Virus record (IMG/VR): IMGVR_UViG_3300032295_004070
Coordinates: 1 to 44,275 of that record
Strand: one strand, 5' to 3'
Length of the DNA stretch: 44,275 nt
Source: a virus
Lineage: Duplodnaviria; Caudoviricetes
The notes beneath the pieces were generated by a model. The model was given only the letters and a program-made list of their open reading frames with translations. It did no database searches and had not been told where the DNA came from. Numbering within the stretch: position 1 is the stretch's first letter; every line of letters begins with the position of its first letter. The position numbers were made by a program, and so were the translations under genes. This document shows, one piece after another, positions 1 to 7,202 of this stretch.

Positions 1-470
1 TATCTACCAATCTTAAAGAGAGTTTTCAAAAATGGTATATCACTATTATTAATATTGATTCTTTCCTCTTCTATCATAAGACAAAGAACCCTTTTATCAT
101 CTTCATCGATATAGTTCACAACCTCATTATCGTTATCCTTATCCAAACCTTTCTTAGAATAACAAATAAACTTAGTTGTTATTGATTCGCCAGTTTCTTG
201 GTAAGTTATTTTTACATCAGTATTGGGTTCGATATCAAGTTCTTCTTTAAGGTAAACTCTTATCCAAAAGTAAACCATTTGTTTTTGCTTTATTTCGGAC
301 CTTGGTTTAAAGTCACTATTTTCAAAATCTATCCCATCTACATCAATAGATTTTACTTGTTCTACAACATCCTCATAAAAGTTTTTATCTTCTTCTTTTT
401 TCTTCTTCAAATCTTTCCTATCCGGAAAAACATATTCTTCAGGATTTTCTCTTGTAAAATTTGGTATCAT
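1..470 (-). CDS. hypothetical protein (partial, runs off left edge; not in ORF track)
   Basis: Manual translation from ATG at 470 is open to base 1: MIPNFTRENPEEYVFPDRKDLKKKKEEDKNFYEDVVEQVKSIDVDG...LFKIGR. It explains why the first 116 codons of the + ORF 198..1292 look spurious. Confidence 0.8.
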   Translation of the reverse strand, partial: MIPNFTRENPEEYVFPDRKDLKKKKEEDKNFYEDVVEQVKSIDVDGIDFENSDFKPRSEIKQKQMVYFWIRVYLKEELDIEPNTDVKITYQETGESITTKFICYSKKGLDKDNDNEVVNYIDEDDKRVLCLMIEEERININNSDIPFLKTLFKIGR

Positions 471-519
471 TTTATTCTTATCTGTTTTGTGTATTTTATC
501 AAAAAATACTCGAATGTTT

Positions 520-528
520 TAATATATA
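520..528 (+). promoter_or_regulatory. putative late promoter TAATATATA
   Basis: Same motif recurs a short distance upstream of >20 genes; ends 17 nt before ATG 546. Confidence 0.65.
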
Positions 529-545
529 CAATAAATCAAATAATT

Positions 546-1292
546 ATGCACATCAGGTTTTTTGAAGATTTCACACAAGCGCAATTTGAACCAATCAAAT
601 CATTCAAATTACAAGATGAATTGAGCCCAGAATTTTGGGATGATTTCGAACTTGATGAGGAAATTAAAGATGGGTTAATAAAACTCGGTAATGATTATTT
701 CGATAAGTTAGATTTGGGTAAAGTTAAATTAGATGATTTAATTTTCACTGGTTCTTTAGCAAACTACAATTGGAGTAAATATTCTGATATAGATTTACAT
801 TTGGTATTCGATTTTTCTGATGTGAATGACGATGTTAATTTAGTTAGGAAATATTTAGATGCAGTCGAGAAGAGTTGGAAATTTCAACATGACATTAAAA
901 TAAAAGGATATGATGTTGAAATTTATTGTCAGTCACTTGAAGATGAATTAACAGCAACGGGTGTATACTCTTTAATGAAGGATAAATGGTTGAAAAAACC
1001 AAGTAAATCTAACTTTGTTCCTGATGACGAAAAGATTAGAAAGAAAGCTGAAATCTTTATGCAAAGTATAAAAGATTTGGAAAAGGATTTTGATGGGGGT
1101 AAACCTTACGAAAAACTTGAATCAAAAATAAAGAAACTTTGGAAAAAAATAAAAGATGCTAGACAGTCTGGCTTAGATAGTGAGGGTGAATTTTCTGTTG
1201 AGAATTTAGTATTCAAATTGCTTAGAAGAAATGGATACATTGAAAGGTTCATGGATTTAAGAAATAAAGCTTACGATAAACAATATAAATAA
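546..1292 (+). CDS. pol-beta superfamily nucleotidyltransferase (phage type)
   Basis: GS-x9-SDxD signature (TGSLANYNWSKYSDIDLH) plus third acidic residue (YDVEIY). Start re-assigned to ATG 546 (MHIRFFEDF). Confidence 0.8.
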   Translation: MHIRFFEDFTQAQFEPIKSFKLQDELSPEFWDDFELDEEIKDGLIKLGNDYFDKLDLGKVKLDDLIFTGSLANYNWSKYSDIDLHLVFDFSDVNDDVNLVRKYLDAVEKSWKFQHDIKIKGYDVEIYCQSLEDELTATGVYSLMKDKWLKKPSKSNFVPDDEKIRKKAEIFMQSIKDLEKDFDGGKPYEKLESKIKKLWKKIKDARQSGLDSEGEFSVENLVFKLLRRNGYIERFMDLRNKAYDKQYK

Positions 1293-1293
1293 A

Positions 1294-1980
1294 ATGGTTA
1301 CAGTAAAAGAGGTAGAAGAAATATTCAAAGAAATTTTCCAAGAGGAAGATGGAAGGGTAGCAAGTGTTGATGTGGTTTATGAAATGTCAAAAAATGAAAA
1401 ATTCTATAAACTAGTTATTTCAATACATGGTATATCTATAGAAGAGACTTTGATAATACACACCAAGTTCATATTCAAAGTGGATAAAGATAAGCAAAAC
1501 CTAATAGAAAACTCATTCATTTACTTATACGATATAAACTGTGTTTACAATAAAGTAACTTTTGAAAACGAAATCGAACTAAAAACAAAAGTAGATGATA
1601 TTATATCGTCAAATGATTTTGGAACTGATATTCAAATACTTTCTGACTTTATAGAAGCTCCGGCTATGTTTTTGAACTACTATATGAAGAGGTCGAAAAT
1701 AACTGAGTATAGTGTTTTTGATGTTGAATATGAGCCAAAATTCAAAACCGCACCTTGTGAAGATGTAACATTCGATTTTAAAATAAACATAAATGATAAC
1801 TATATGATAAACCTTTCTATCAAGAAAGAGGAAAGAGGCGAGGATGATGACTATGATACCTATACATTCCAGTTCAAGTTCTTGGATGAGTACACCTCAA
1901 TAAAGGTTGATACTTTAAAAAATATACATTTCACCATCGGTAGTAATATAGCCAAACTGTTGGATGAAAAGTTAAAATAA
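1294..1980 (+). CDS. hypothetical protein
   Basis: 228-aa ORF starting 1 nt after the upstream stop; no recognised motif. Confidence 0.75.
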   Translation: MVTVKEVEEIFKEIFQEEDGRVASVDVVYEMSKNEKFYKLVISIHGISIEETLIIHTKFIFKVDKDKQNLIENSFIYLYDINCVYNKVTFENEIELKTKVDDIISSNDFGTDIQILSDFIEAPAMFLNYYMKRSKITEYSVFDVEYEPKFKTAPCEDVTFDFKININDNYMINLSIKKEERGEDDDYDTYTFQFKFLDEYTSIKVDTLKNIHFTIGSNIAKLLDEKLK

Positions 1981-1985
1981 TCCGT

Positions 1986-1994
1986 TAATATATA
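1986..1994 (+). promoter_or_regulatory. putative late promoter TAATATATA
   Basis: Intergenic consensus match 30 nt before ATG 2025. Confidence 0.65.
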
Positions 1995-2024
1995 CCATTA
2001 AGAGAAAAATATCTAAATAATATC

Positions 2025-2795
2025 ATGATACCAAATAATAATCCACTTTATAACACAAAAGATAGTAGAGTACAAAGATTTGCTCCTTTTGTAGATAATA
2101 TCAAAAAAGAAAAAGATGACTTGAAGAAAGTTGCAAGACAAAATCGTGATGATAAAGTGAGTGGTGAGAATACTCCTCATAGTGGTCAGGATGAACTACA
2201 TTGGAATACTTTAAGTAATAAAATGGATAACAATCTCACAAAATCCCAAATCGAAGATAGGATTAAATCTTTGGAGGAAGATGATGACACTAAACAAGAC
2301 CATAAATATAAAGTGGTAAAATCATTCGAAAACTTTCAAGATGAAATGACAAGTGAGCCGGAGATGAATGTTGGACATGATGAGATAGATTATGAAAATG
2401 AATCTGGAACTACATCCTATATGTTTTTCAATAATTTAGAAACTATTCATAATGCTTCTAAGGATATTTTATCTATGGACCAATCAAGTGTGAATCAACT
2501 TTTGAATGATGGTCACAACTGGGCTGAGGACCATATTTCTATAGCCAAAGAAAATCTATCTCATGTTTATAATTTCTTGATGAATCATGGTGTCAAAGAA
2601 AACCATTCAAACGAAAACTATATGTTTTTTGGAAATATTGAGTCTATTCATAGAATGTGTGAAGATATGATGGGACTAAACGACCAAGAAGTTGATGAAA
2701 TATTGACCGATGGTCATGATTGGGCAGAAGACCATATGTCAGCTGCTAAAGAATGCATCACTCAAGTAGAAGATTTCCTAAAAAATGAACTTTAA
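2025..2795 (+). CDS. hypothetical protein with two tandem ~56-aa YMFF...GHxWAEDH domains
   Basis: Internal duplication visible in the translation. Confidence 0.8.
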   Translation: MIPNNNPLYNTKDSRVQRFAPFVDNIKKEKDDLKKVARQNRDDKVSGENTPHSGQDELHWNTLSNKMDNNLTKSQIEDRIKSLEEDDDTKQDHKYKVVKSFENFQDEMTSEPEMNVGHDEIDYENESGTTSYMFFNNLETIHNASKDILSMDQSSVNQLLNDGHNWAEDHISIAKENLSHVYNFLMNHGVKENHSNENYMFFGNIESIHRMCEDMMGLNDQEVDEILTDGHDWAEDHMSAAKECITQVEDFLKNEL

Positions 2796-4309
2796 TGATG
2801 TTTATATTTGGATACAATAAATTCAGAAATAGTTTAAAATTGAACGAATCGGAAGTTTTTTACTCTGATAAGTTTAAAAACATACTTAAAAAAATAGATT
2901 CTCCAGTAGCAACAGCTCTTTTGGATATGGAATCAAAAGATTTGGATGTAGCTAATAACTATATTGATATTGGTGATAATAAGAATCAAGTAACATTCAT
3001 TACTGATAGAAAAGCTAAAGAAATCCTCAATGGTCCAGAAGTTTGGCAAGTTACATTGTCGGGTGGTGGTTATTTAAGACACTCTGATGCAAATGCTGAA
3101 ATATTCTCAGCACTTGGATATACACCAGAGGGACCAGAAACATATAAACCACAGACGGATGAAAAGGGTGAATTAGTTTCTGAAACCGAAGCACCGTCTG
3201 GCAATAGGTATGTTATGGTTAAGTTTCCTAATGGAACAACTGTAGTGAACAAAAACAGAGTTATAGTATCAGATTCATCAAAGTTACCATTCACTAGAAA
3301 TAGACAGCCTGGCAGAGTTGGTGCAACTATACAAGGTTTATTGAGAGCCTCCAATCAAACATTTTCAAATCAAGAAATTGAGGTGTTTGTAAATAAATAT
3401 AAGTCAGAATTTGATAGGTATAATGATGTATTTAGAAACTTTGAATTAGTTTCAGGTAGTCGAATATATCATTGGTATCAAAGTGATAACTATTTACACG
3501 GAACATCTAAAGGTCAATTGAGTAACTCCTGTATGGGTAGAGCTAGGGCTAGTTGGCTTGAAATCTACACTGAAAATCCTGATGTTTGTAATTTACTTAT
3601 TCTAAAAGATGCTGACCAAGAGGATAAAATAAAAGGAAGAGCACTTGTTTGGAAATTATCGTATCCAGATGGAATCACTTATGTGGATAGAATTTATACC
3701 CATGATGATTCTGATTTGGAGTTATATAAGCAATATATCGCACAACAAGGTTGGTACTTGAAAAAGAGATATACTAGTTCAACAGATGATTCAACTATGA
3801 TTGCTCCAGATGGTACAGAATCAAGACCAAAATATTTGGAAGTTACAGTGAAGGCAAAAGAATATAGTGGTTATCCTTATTTGGATACTTTAAAGTTCTA
3901 TACACCATCTAATGGTATATTATCTTCTGGTGATGGTGAATACCAACTAGAAGACACTGGTGGTGGTTATTCCAATCAATCTTGTGACTATTGTGGTGGA
4001 GATGGTTATGTGGAGTGTGGTGAGTGTTATGGTAGAGGTAGATTGAGATGTGATGAGTGTAACAATGGAAAAACTGAATGTCCAGATTGTGAAGGGACTG
4101 GTGAAATTGAATGTGGCACATGTGATGGTAAGGGCGTAGATGACGAAGGAAACTCTTGTGAAGATTGCAATGGTGATGGTAAAGTAAACTGTGAAGACTG
4201 TGATGGCAATGGTGAAAGAGATTGTCCAGATTGTGATGGGGAAGGTTATGTAGAATGTCACGACTGTGATGGCAATGGACAGAATTCTTGCCACGAATGT
4301 AACTGGTAA
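2795..4309 (+). CDS. phage protein with SCM/GRALxW/DRIY domain and C-terminal DnaJ-type zinc-finger repeats
   Basis: Motifs NSCM, KGRALVW, YVDRIY; ten CxxC(xGxG) motifs at the C-terminus; no J-domain HPD motif. Confidence 0.8.
   Translation: MMFIFGYNKFRNSLKLNESEVFYSDKFKNILKKIDSPVATALLDMESKDLDVANNYIDIGDNKNQVTFITDRKAKEILNGPEVWQVTLSGGGYLRHSDANAEIFSALGYTPEGPETYKPQTDEKGELVSETEAPSGNRYVMVKFPNGTTVVNKNRVIVSDSSKLPFTRNRQPGRVGATIQGLLRASNQTFSNQEIEVFVNKYKSEFDRYNDVFRNFELVSGSRIYHWYQSDNYLHGTSKGQLSNSCMGRARASWLEIYTENPDVCNLLILKDADQEDKIKGRALVWKLSYPDGITYVDRIYTHDDSDLELYKQYIAQQGWYLKKRYTSSTDDSTMIAPDGTESRPKYLEVTVKAKEYSGYPYLDTLKFYTPSNGILSSGDGEYQLEDTGGGYSNQSCDYCGGDGYVECGECYGRGRLRCDECNNGKTECPDCEGTGEIECGTCDGKGVDDEGNSCEDCNGDGKVNCEDCDGNGERDCPDCDGEGYVECHDCDGNGQNSCHECNW
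3983..4300 (+). repeat. ~33-nt coding repeat (CxxCxGxG), 10 CxxC motifs
   Basis: CDYCGGDG, CGECYGRG, CDECNNG, CPDCEGTG, CGTCDGKG, CEDCNGDG, CEDCDGNG, CPDCDGEG, CHDCDGNG, CHEC. Confidence 0.9.
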
Positions 4310-4311
4310 TT

Positions 4312-4494
4312 ATGGAAAATATACTCTCATACGAAGAATTCATTACAGAGGGGTATAACAAACCAAGAAAGGGTATGAAATCCAGATGGTCTGTTAAATA
4401 CAAGAAGAAGATAAATTGTAGCAGTCCCAATCTTGGATTTTCACAGAAGCAATATTGTAAAAGGAAACGTCGTGGTGGAAAATATAAGTCATAA
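4312..4494 (+). CDS. small basic protein, putative internal head (DNA-binding) protein
   Basis: Acidic leader YEEFITE followed by a K/R-rich WSxKYKKKINCxxPxxGFSQKxxC segment. Confidence 0.7.
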   Translation: MENILSYEEFITEGYNKPRKGMKSRWSVKYKKKINCSSPNLGFSQKQYCKRKRRGGKYKS

Positions 4495-4523
4495 AAAAAC
4501 CCACCATTTGGTGGGGTTTATTT
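4493..4523. terminator. bidirectional intrinsic terminator
   Basis: A-run, CCCACC-attt-GGTGGG stem-loop, T-rich tail; lies between a + gene and the convergent tmRNA. Confidence 0.8.
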
Positions 4524-4524
4524 G

Positions 4525-4877
4525 TGGAGATGCGGGGCTCCGACTCCCCGGTCTTCCCCGCCTAGACCTAAAATATCTTTCACAAGCTTAGTCAATAGTT
4601 TTTCTAAACCGACAAAATATTCAATTTGATTTTACGATTCTAACTGACCTATAACATCGTGAGTTTGACAGACTCAATACTGTTGAAAACAATTAGGCTA
4701 CAAAAGCCACCTCGTTTGTCTTGAGGATGTTGTTGCGTAGGGCAAATACTACATCTTCTTTGCTAGCTACTTCGTTTGTGTTGCCATTTGGACTTTCGAT
4801 ACCTTATTTAATTGGTCGATATCACCCAATGCCTGCTATTTTAACCCTACAACGTGAATCAATTCCATTTCATCCCC
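4525..4877 (-). ncRNA. ssrA: tmRNA (transfer-messenger RNA)
   Basis: 5' GGGGATG pairs with 3' CATCTCC-A, giving an Ala acceptor stem with a G3.U wobble; T-stem CGGGG/CCCCG; 353 nt; internal tag frame 4785..4693 GNTNEVASKEDVVFALRNNILKTNEVAFVA*. Confidence 0.92.
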
Positions 4878-4931
4878 ATGTAAAATTAAAAACTACACTT
4901 TTATATATTTAATATAAAAAGTTTAAAAAGT

Positions 4932-5300
4932 TTAGTAAGGAAAATCATCAGAAAAATCGAAATACTTACTCTTACTTGGTGATGATTTATAATAAAAGTC
5001 TACTGTGAGGAGTGGTTTGCTCTTTTTGGTTTTCCATAAATCAATAGCACACTCATAGTTTACCAAAATATCTTTATTGATTTTTTTCATCAAATCCAAT
5101 ATCTTAACCATTTTAGCAAATGGTTCTTTATCTTTAAGAACAAATTCAATCATAATGTCGTAGTTTTCTTTATACAATAAAATAAATTGTTCCAATTTTT
5201 GAGCTCTTATCATTTGTCTTAGGACTGATGTGATGTGTTCCATATCATCATCATTTTCATTAACCTTGAAACCTGAAAAATTCTTTATATTATCCATCAT
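4932..5300 (-). CDS. hypothetical protein
   Basis: 122 aa; 4-nt ATGA overlap with the upstream peptidase; leader NIKNFSGFKVNE. Confidence 0.75.
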   Translation of the reverse strand: MMDNIKNFSGFKVNENDDDMEHITSVLRQMIRAQKLEQFILLYKENYDIMIEFVLKDKEPFAKMVKILDLMKKINKDILVNYECAIDLWKTKKSKPLLTVDFYYKSSPSKSKYFDFSDDFPY

Positions 5301-6727
5301 CCAAAAACTATTTTTATTGTCGATTCATGGAAAGTTAAATCAGCATTAATCCTATATTTTGCAAATAATTCCTCCAACTTATCAAAATCTCCAGAAACAC
5401 CATCCAAATCACCATTTATTATATCCATATCTACAATAATTTTATCTTCCTGGCTTTTAAGATTTATTTTATTAACTAATCTTAGTTTCCTTAAATCAGT
5501 GATAGCTCTTTGGTATTTCTTTGATAAGACTTGATTTTCAATACCGATACTCCTTTTAACAACAAGATTTGCCCAATCTACACTAACACAAGCTTTACAT
5601 AATCTTTCAAGGTGGGAAATGTTTTGCATTTCCGTTGTTCTGTGTTCGTCAAAATAACCAACTGATACATTAGTACATTCAGGTACATCATCTATAAAGT
5701 TTGCAGAGTCTGTGAACACACCAGTTGGGTCTAGTTTCATCTCCATACCATGTTTATTTAACTCACTACATAAAGATAATCCAAACTCATTGGAGCAACA
5801 ATCTACACCCATTTGAGAGGTTATGACAGAATAGTAATTTCTTCTATCGAAAGAAACTACTTTTTTTATTCCTTTCATAAATGGATATTGGTCTATATCT
5901 TTCACAGCTGCTCTTGAACCAAGACCACCTCTTTCTTCACCAATAAAGAACCAATACACACCTGGTATATTATGAGCTATCATATACATTAAAACTGTCA
6001 CACCAGACTTATCATCAGCTCCCAATATTGTTTTACCATTCGTTTTAATGAATGTATCACCATCTTTCTCGAACTCAATAAGTCCAACTGATTCCTTTGT
6101 TCTAGAAGCAGTATCTAAATGACAAGTGAATGCAGTGTCAGCATTTCCTATAACTTTATACAGGTTACCATGTTTATCTTGGCTCAATCCTGGTGTCAAA
6201 TATTTATGAACCTCTTCCTCATGTCCATAAGGATACGTCTCTGTTACAAGAGAAATAAATGTTGCTTTAACATTCTTGGGGTTGAAAGAAAATCTAGGTA
6301 CCTCTATTTCTGGTTGACCAGATTTTTTCTCGTCTGCATATTTGTTTTGTAGAGGTGAGTACCAATCTTCTTCTTCCTCGTCTTCATCATCCATTACAAG
6401 ATTTGCTTCTATGACTTGGTTGTGATTTGCAACATACCTACCGATTTCTCTATCTGTGAGTTCGTTTGGAAAATAGTTTTTTAAGAAAGCATTAATCCCT
6501 ATATCTACTGCACTCTTTCCAATCTTAACACTGAACTTACCTAACTTTTCAGAAATATCGATTTCTTCTATACGCATTATATTTCTTACAAGAAGGTTAT
6601 TTGCTAGTTCCGATATTTTGTATGCGACTTCTGAACTGTCCGTATCCATCATTAAATCAAGATACACCCAGAAATCCTCGGTGAAACGAATCATAATTTT
6701 ATCACTTTCACTACCCTTTTTAGTCAT
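5297..6727 (-). CDS. M20/M28-family zinc metallopeptidase with extra N- and C-terminal domains
   Basis: HxD (CHLDT), GADDKSG, GEERG, SFDRR, TDS and C-terminal EH ligands. Start moved to ATG 6727 because TAATATATA lies at 6740-6732. Confidence 0.85.
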   Translation of the reverse strand: MTKKGSESDKIMIRFTEDFWVYLDLMMDTDSSEVAYKISELANNLLVRNIMRIEEIDISEKLGKFSVKIGKSAVDIGINAFLKNYFPNELTDREIGRYVANHNQVIEANLVMDDEDEEEEDWYSPLQNKYADEKKSGQPEIEVPRFSFNPKNVKATFISLVTETYPYGHEEEVHKYLTPGLSQDKHGNLYKVIGNADTAFTCHLDTASRTKESVGLIEFEKDGDTFIKTNGKTILGADDKSGVTVLMYMIAHNIPGVYWFFIGEERGGLGSRAAVKDIDQYPFMKGIKKVVSFDRRNYYSVITSQMGVDCCSNEFGLSLCSELNKHGMEMKLDPTGVFTDSANFIDDVPECTNVSVGYFDEHRTTEMQNISHLERLCKACVSVDWANLVVKRSIGIENQVLSKKYQRAITDLRKLRLVNKINLKSQEDKIIVDMDIINGDLDGVSGDFDKLEELFAKYRINADLTFHESTIKIVFG

Positions 6728-6737
6728 TAAATATATA

Positions 6738-7129
6738 TTACTTTTTGGAAACAAAAATTGTATAGGCGTTTATATAATCAGGTTTTACCTCACCGGCCTT
6801 CATTCCTGGTTCCTTTTTAATAAATTTCTTTTTGCAGTAAACAACCTCTACTTTTTCTTCTGTGGATTTTGAATTTTTAGCGGCAATTTCAGCAGCCTTT
6901 TTTATAGTTATTTCTGTTGGTTGTTTATCTTTTACTTTAATAATCACATGACTGCCATGCACACCTTTTGCATGTAACCAAATATCATTTTCTTTTGCCA
7001 GTTCCAAAGTGATGTAATCATTTGACACGGCATCTTTACCTTGATAGACAACAAATCCATCAATATCAAGTTTTTTGAACTTGTATTTTTTTCCTTTTTA
7101 GATTCAAGAAATGATTTCAAATAAATCAT
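6738..7129 (-). CDS. stand-alone NFACT RNA-binding (NFACT-R) domain protein, split by a -1 frameshift
   Basis: GKDAVSNDYIT...DIWLHAKGVHGSHVII...AAEIAAKNSK...PGMKAGEV matches NFACT-R motifs. That frame extends upstream of GTG 7028, but the only ATG (7129) is in the adjacent frame. Confidence 0.8.
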
Positions 7130-7132
7130 ATT

Positions 7133-7144
7133 TAATATATATTA
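7133..7144. promoter_or_regulatory. palindromic TAATATATATTA (late promoter consensus on both strands)
   Basis: Between divergent genes starting at 7129(-) and 7203(+). Confidence 0.6.
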
Positions 7145-7202
7145 ATATAAGAAATTAGAACTTACTTATAAAACAAAAAAATAACGTTTCTAATAGAATA
7201 AT

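Noticed and set aside
198-545. N-terminal 116 codons of ORF 198..1292
   Set aside because: F/I-rich shadow of a real minus-strand gene (470..1). The promoter motif and ATG support a start at 546.
2795-4309. dnaJ gene call
   Set aside because: Only CxxCxGxG repeats; no J-domain, HPD motif or C-terminal substrate-binding domain.
3070-4430. His-rich and Thr/Ile-rich minus-strand ORFs
   Set aside because: Shadows of the 2795..4309 gene, mostly its Cys/Asp/Gly repeat region.
4525-4560. Stand-alone tRNA gene
   Set aside because: The T-arm and acceptor half pairs with a 5' end about 350 nt away and encloses a tag frame, so it is tmRNA.
4721-4912. 63-aa + strand ORF
   Set aside because: Antisense to the tmRNA, TTG start, no protein-like features.
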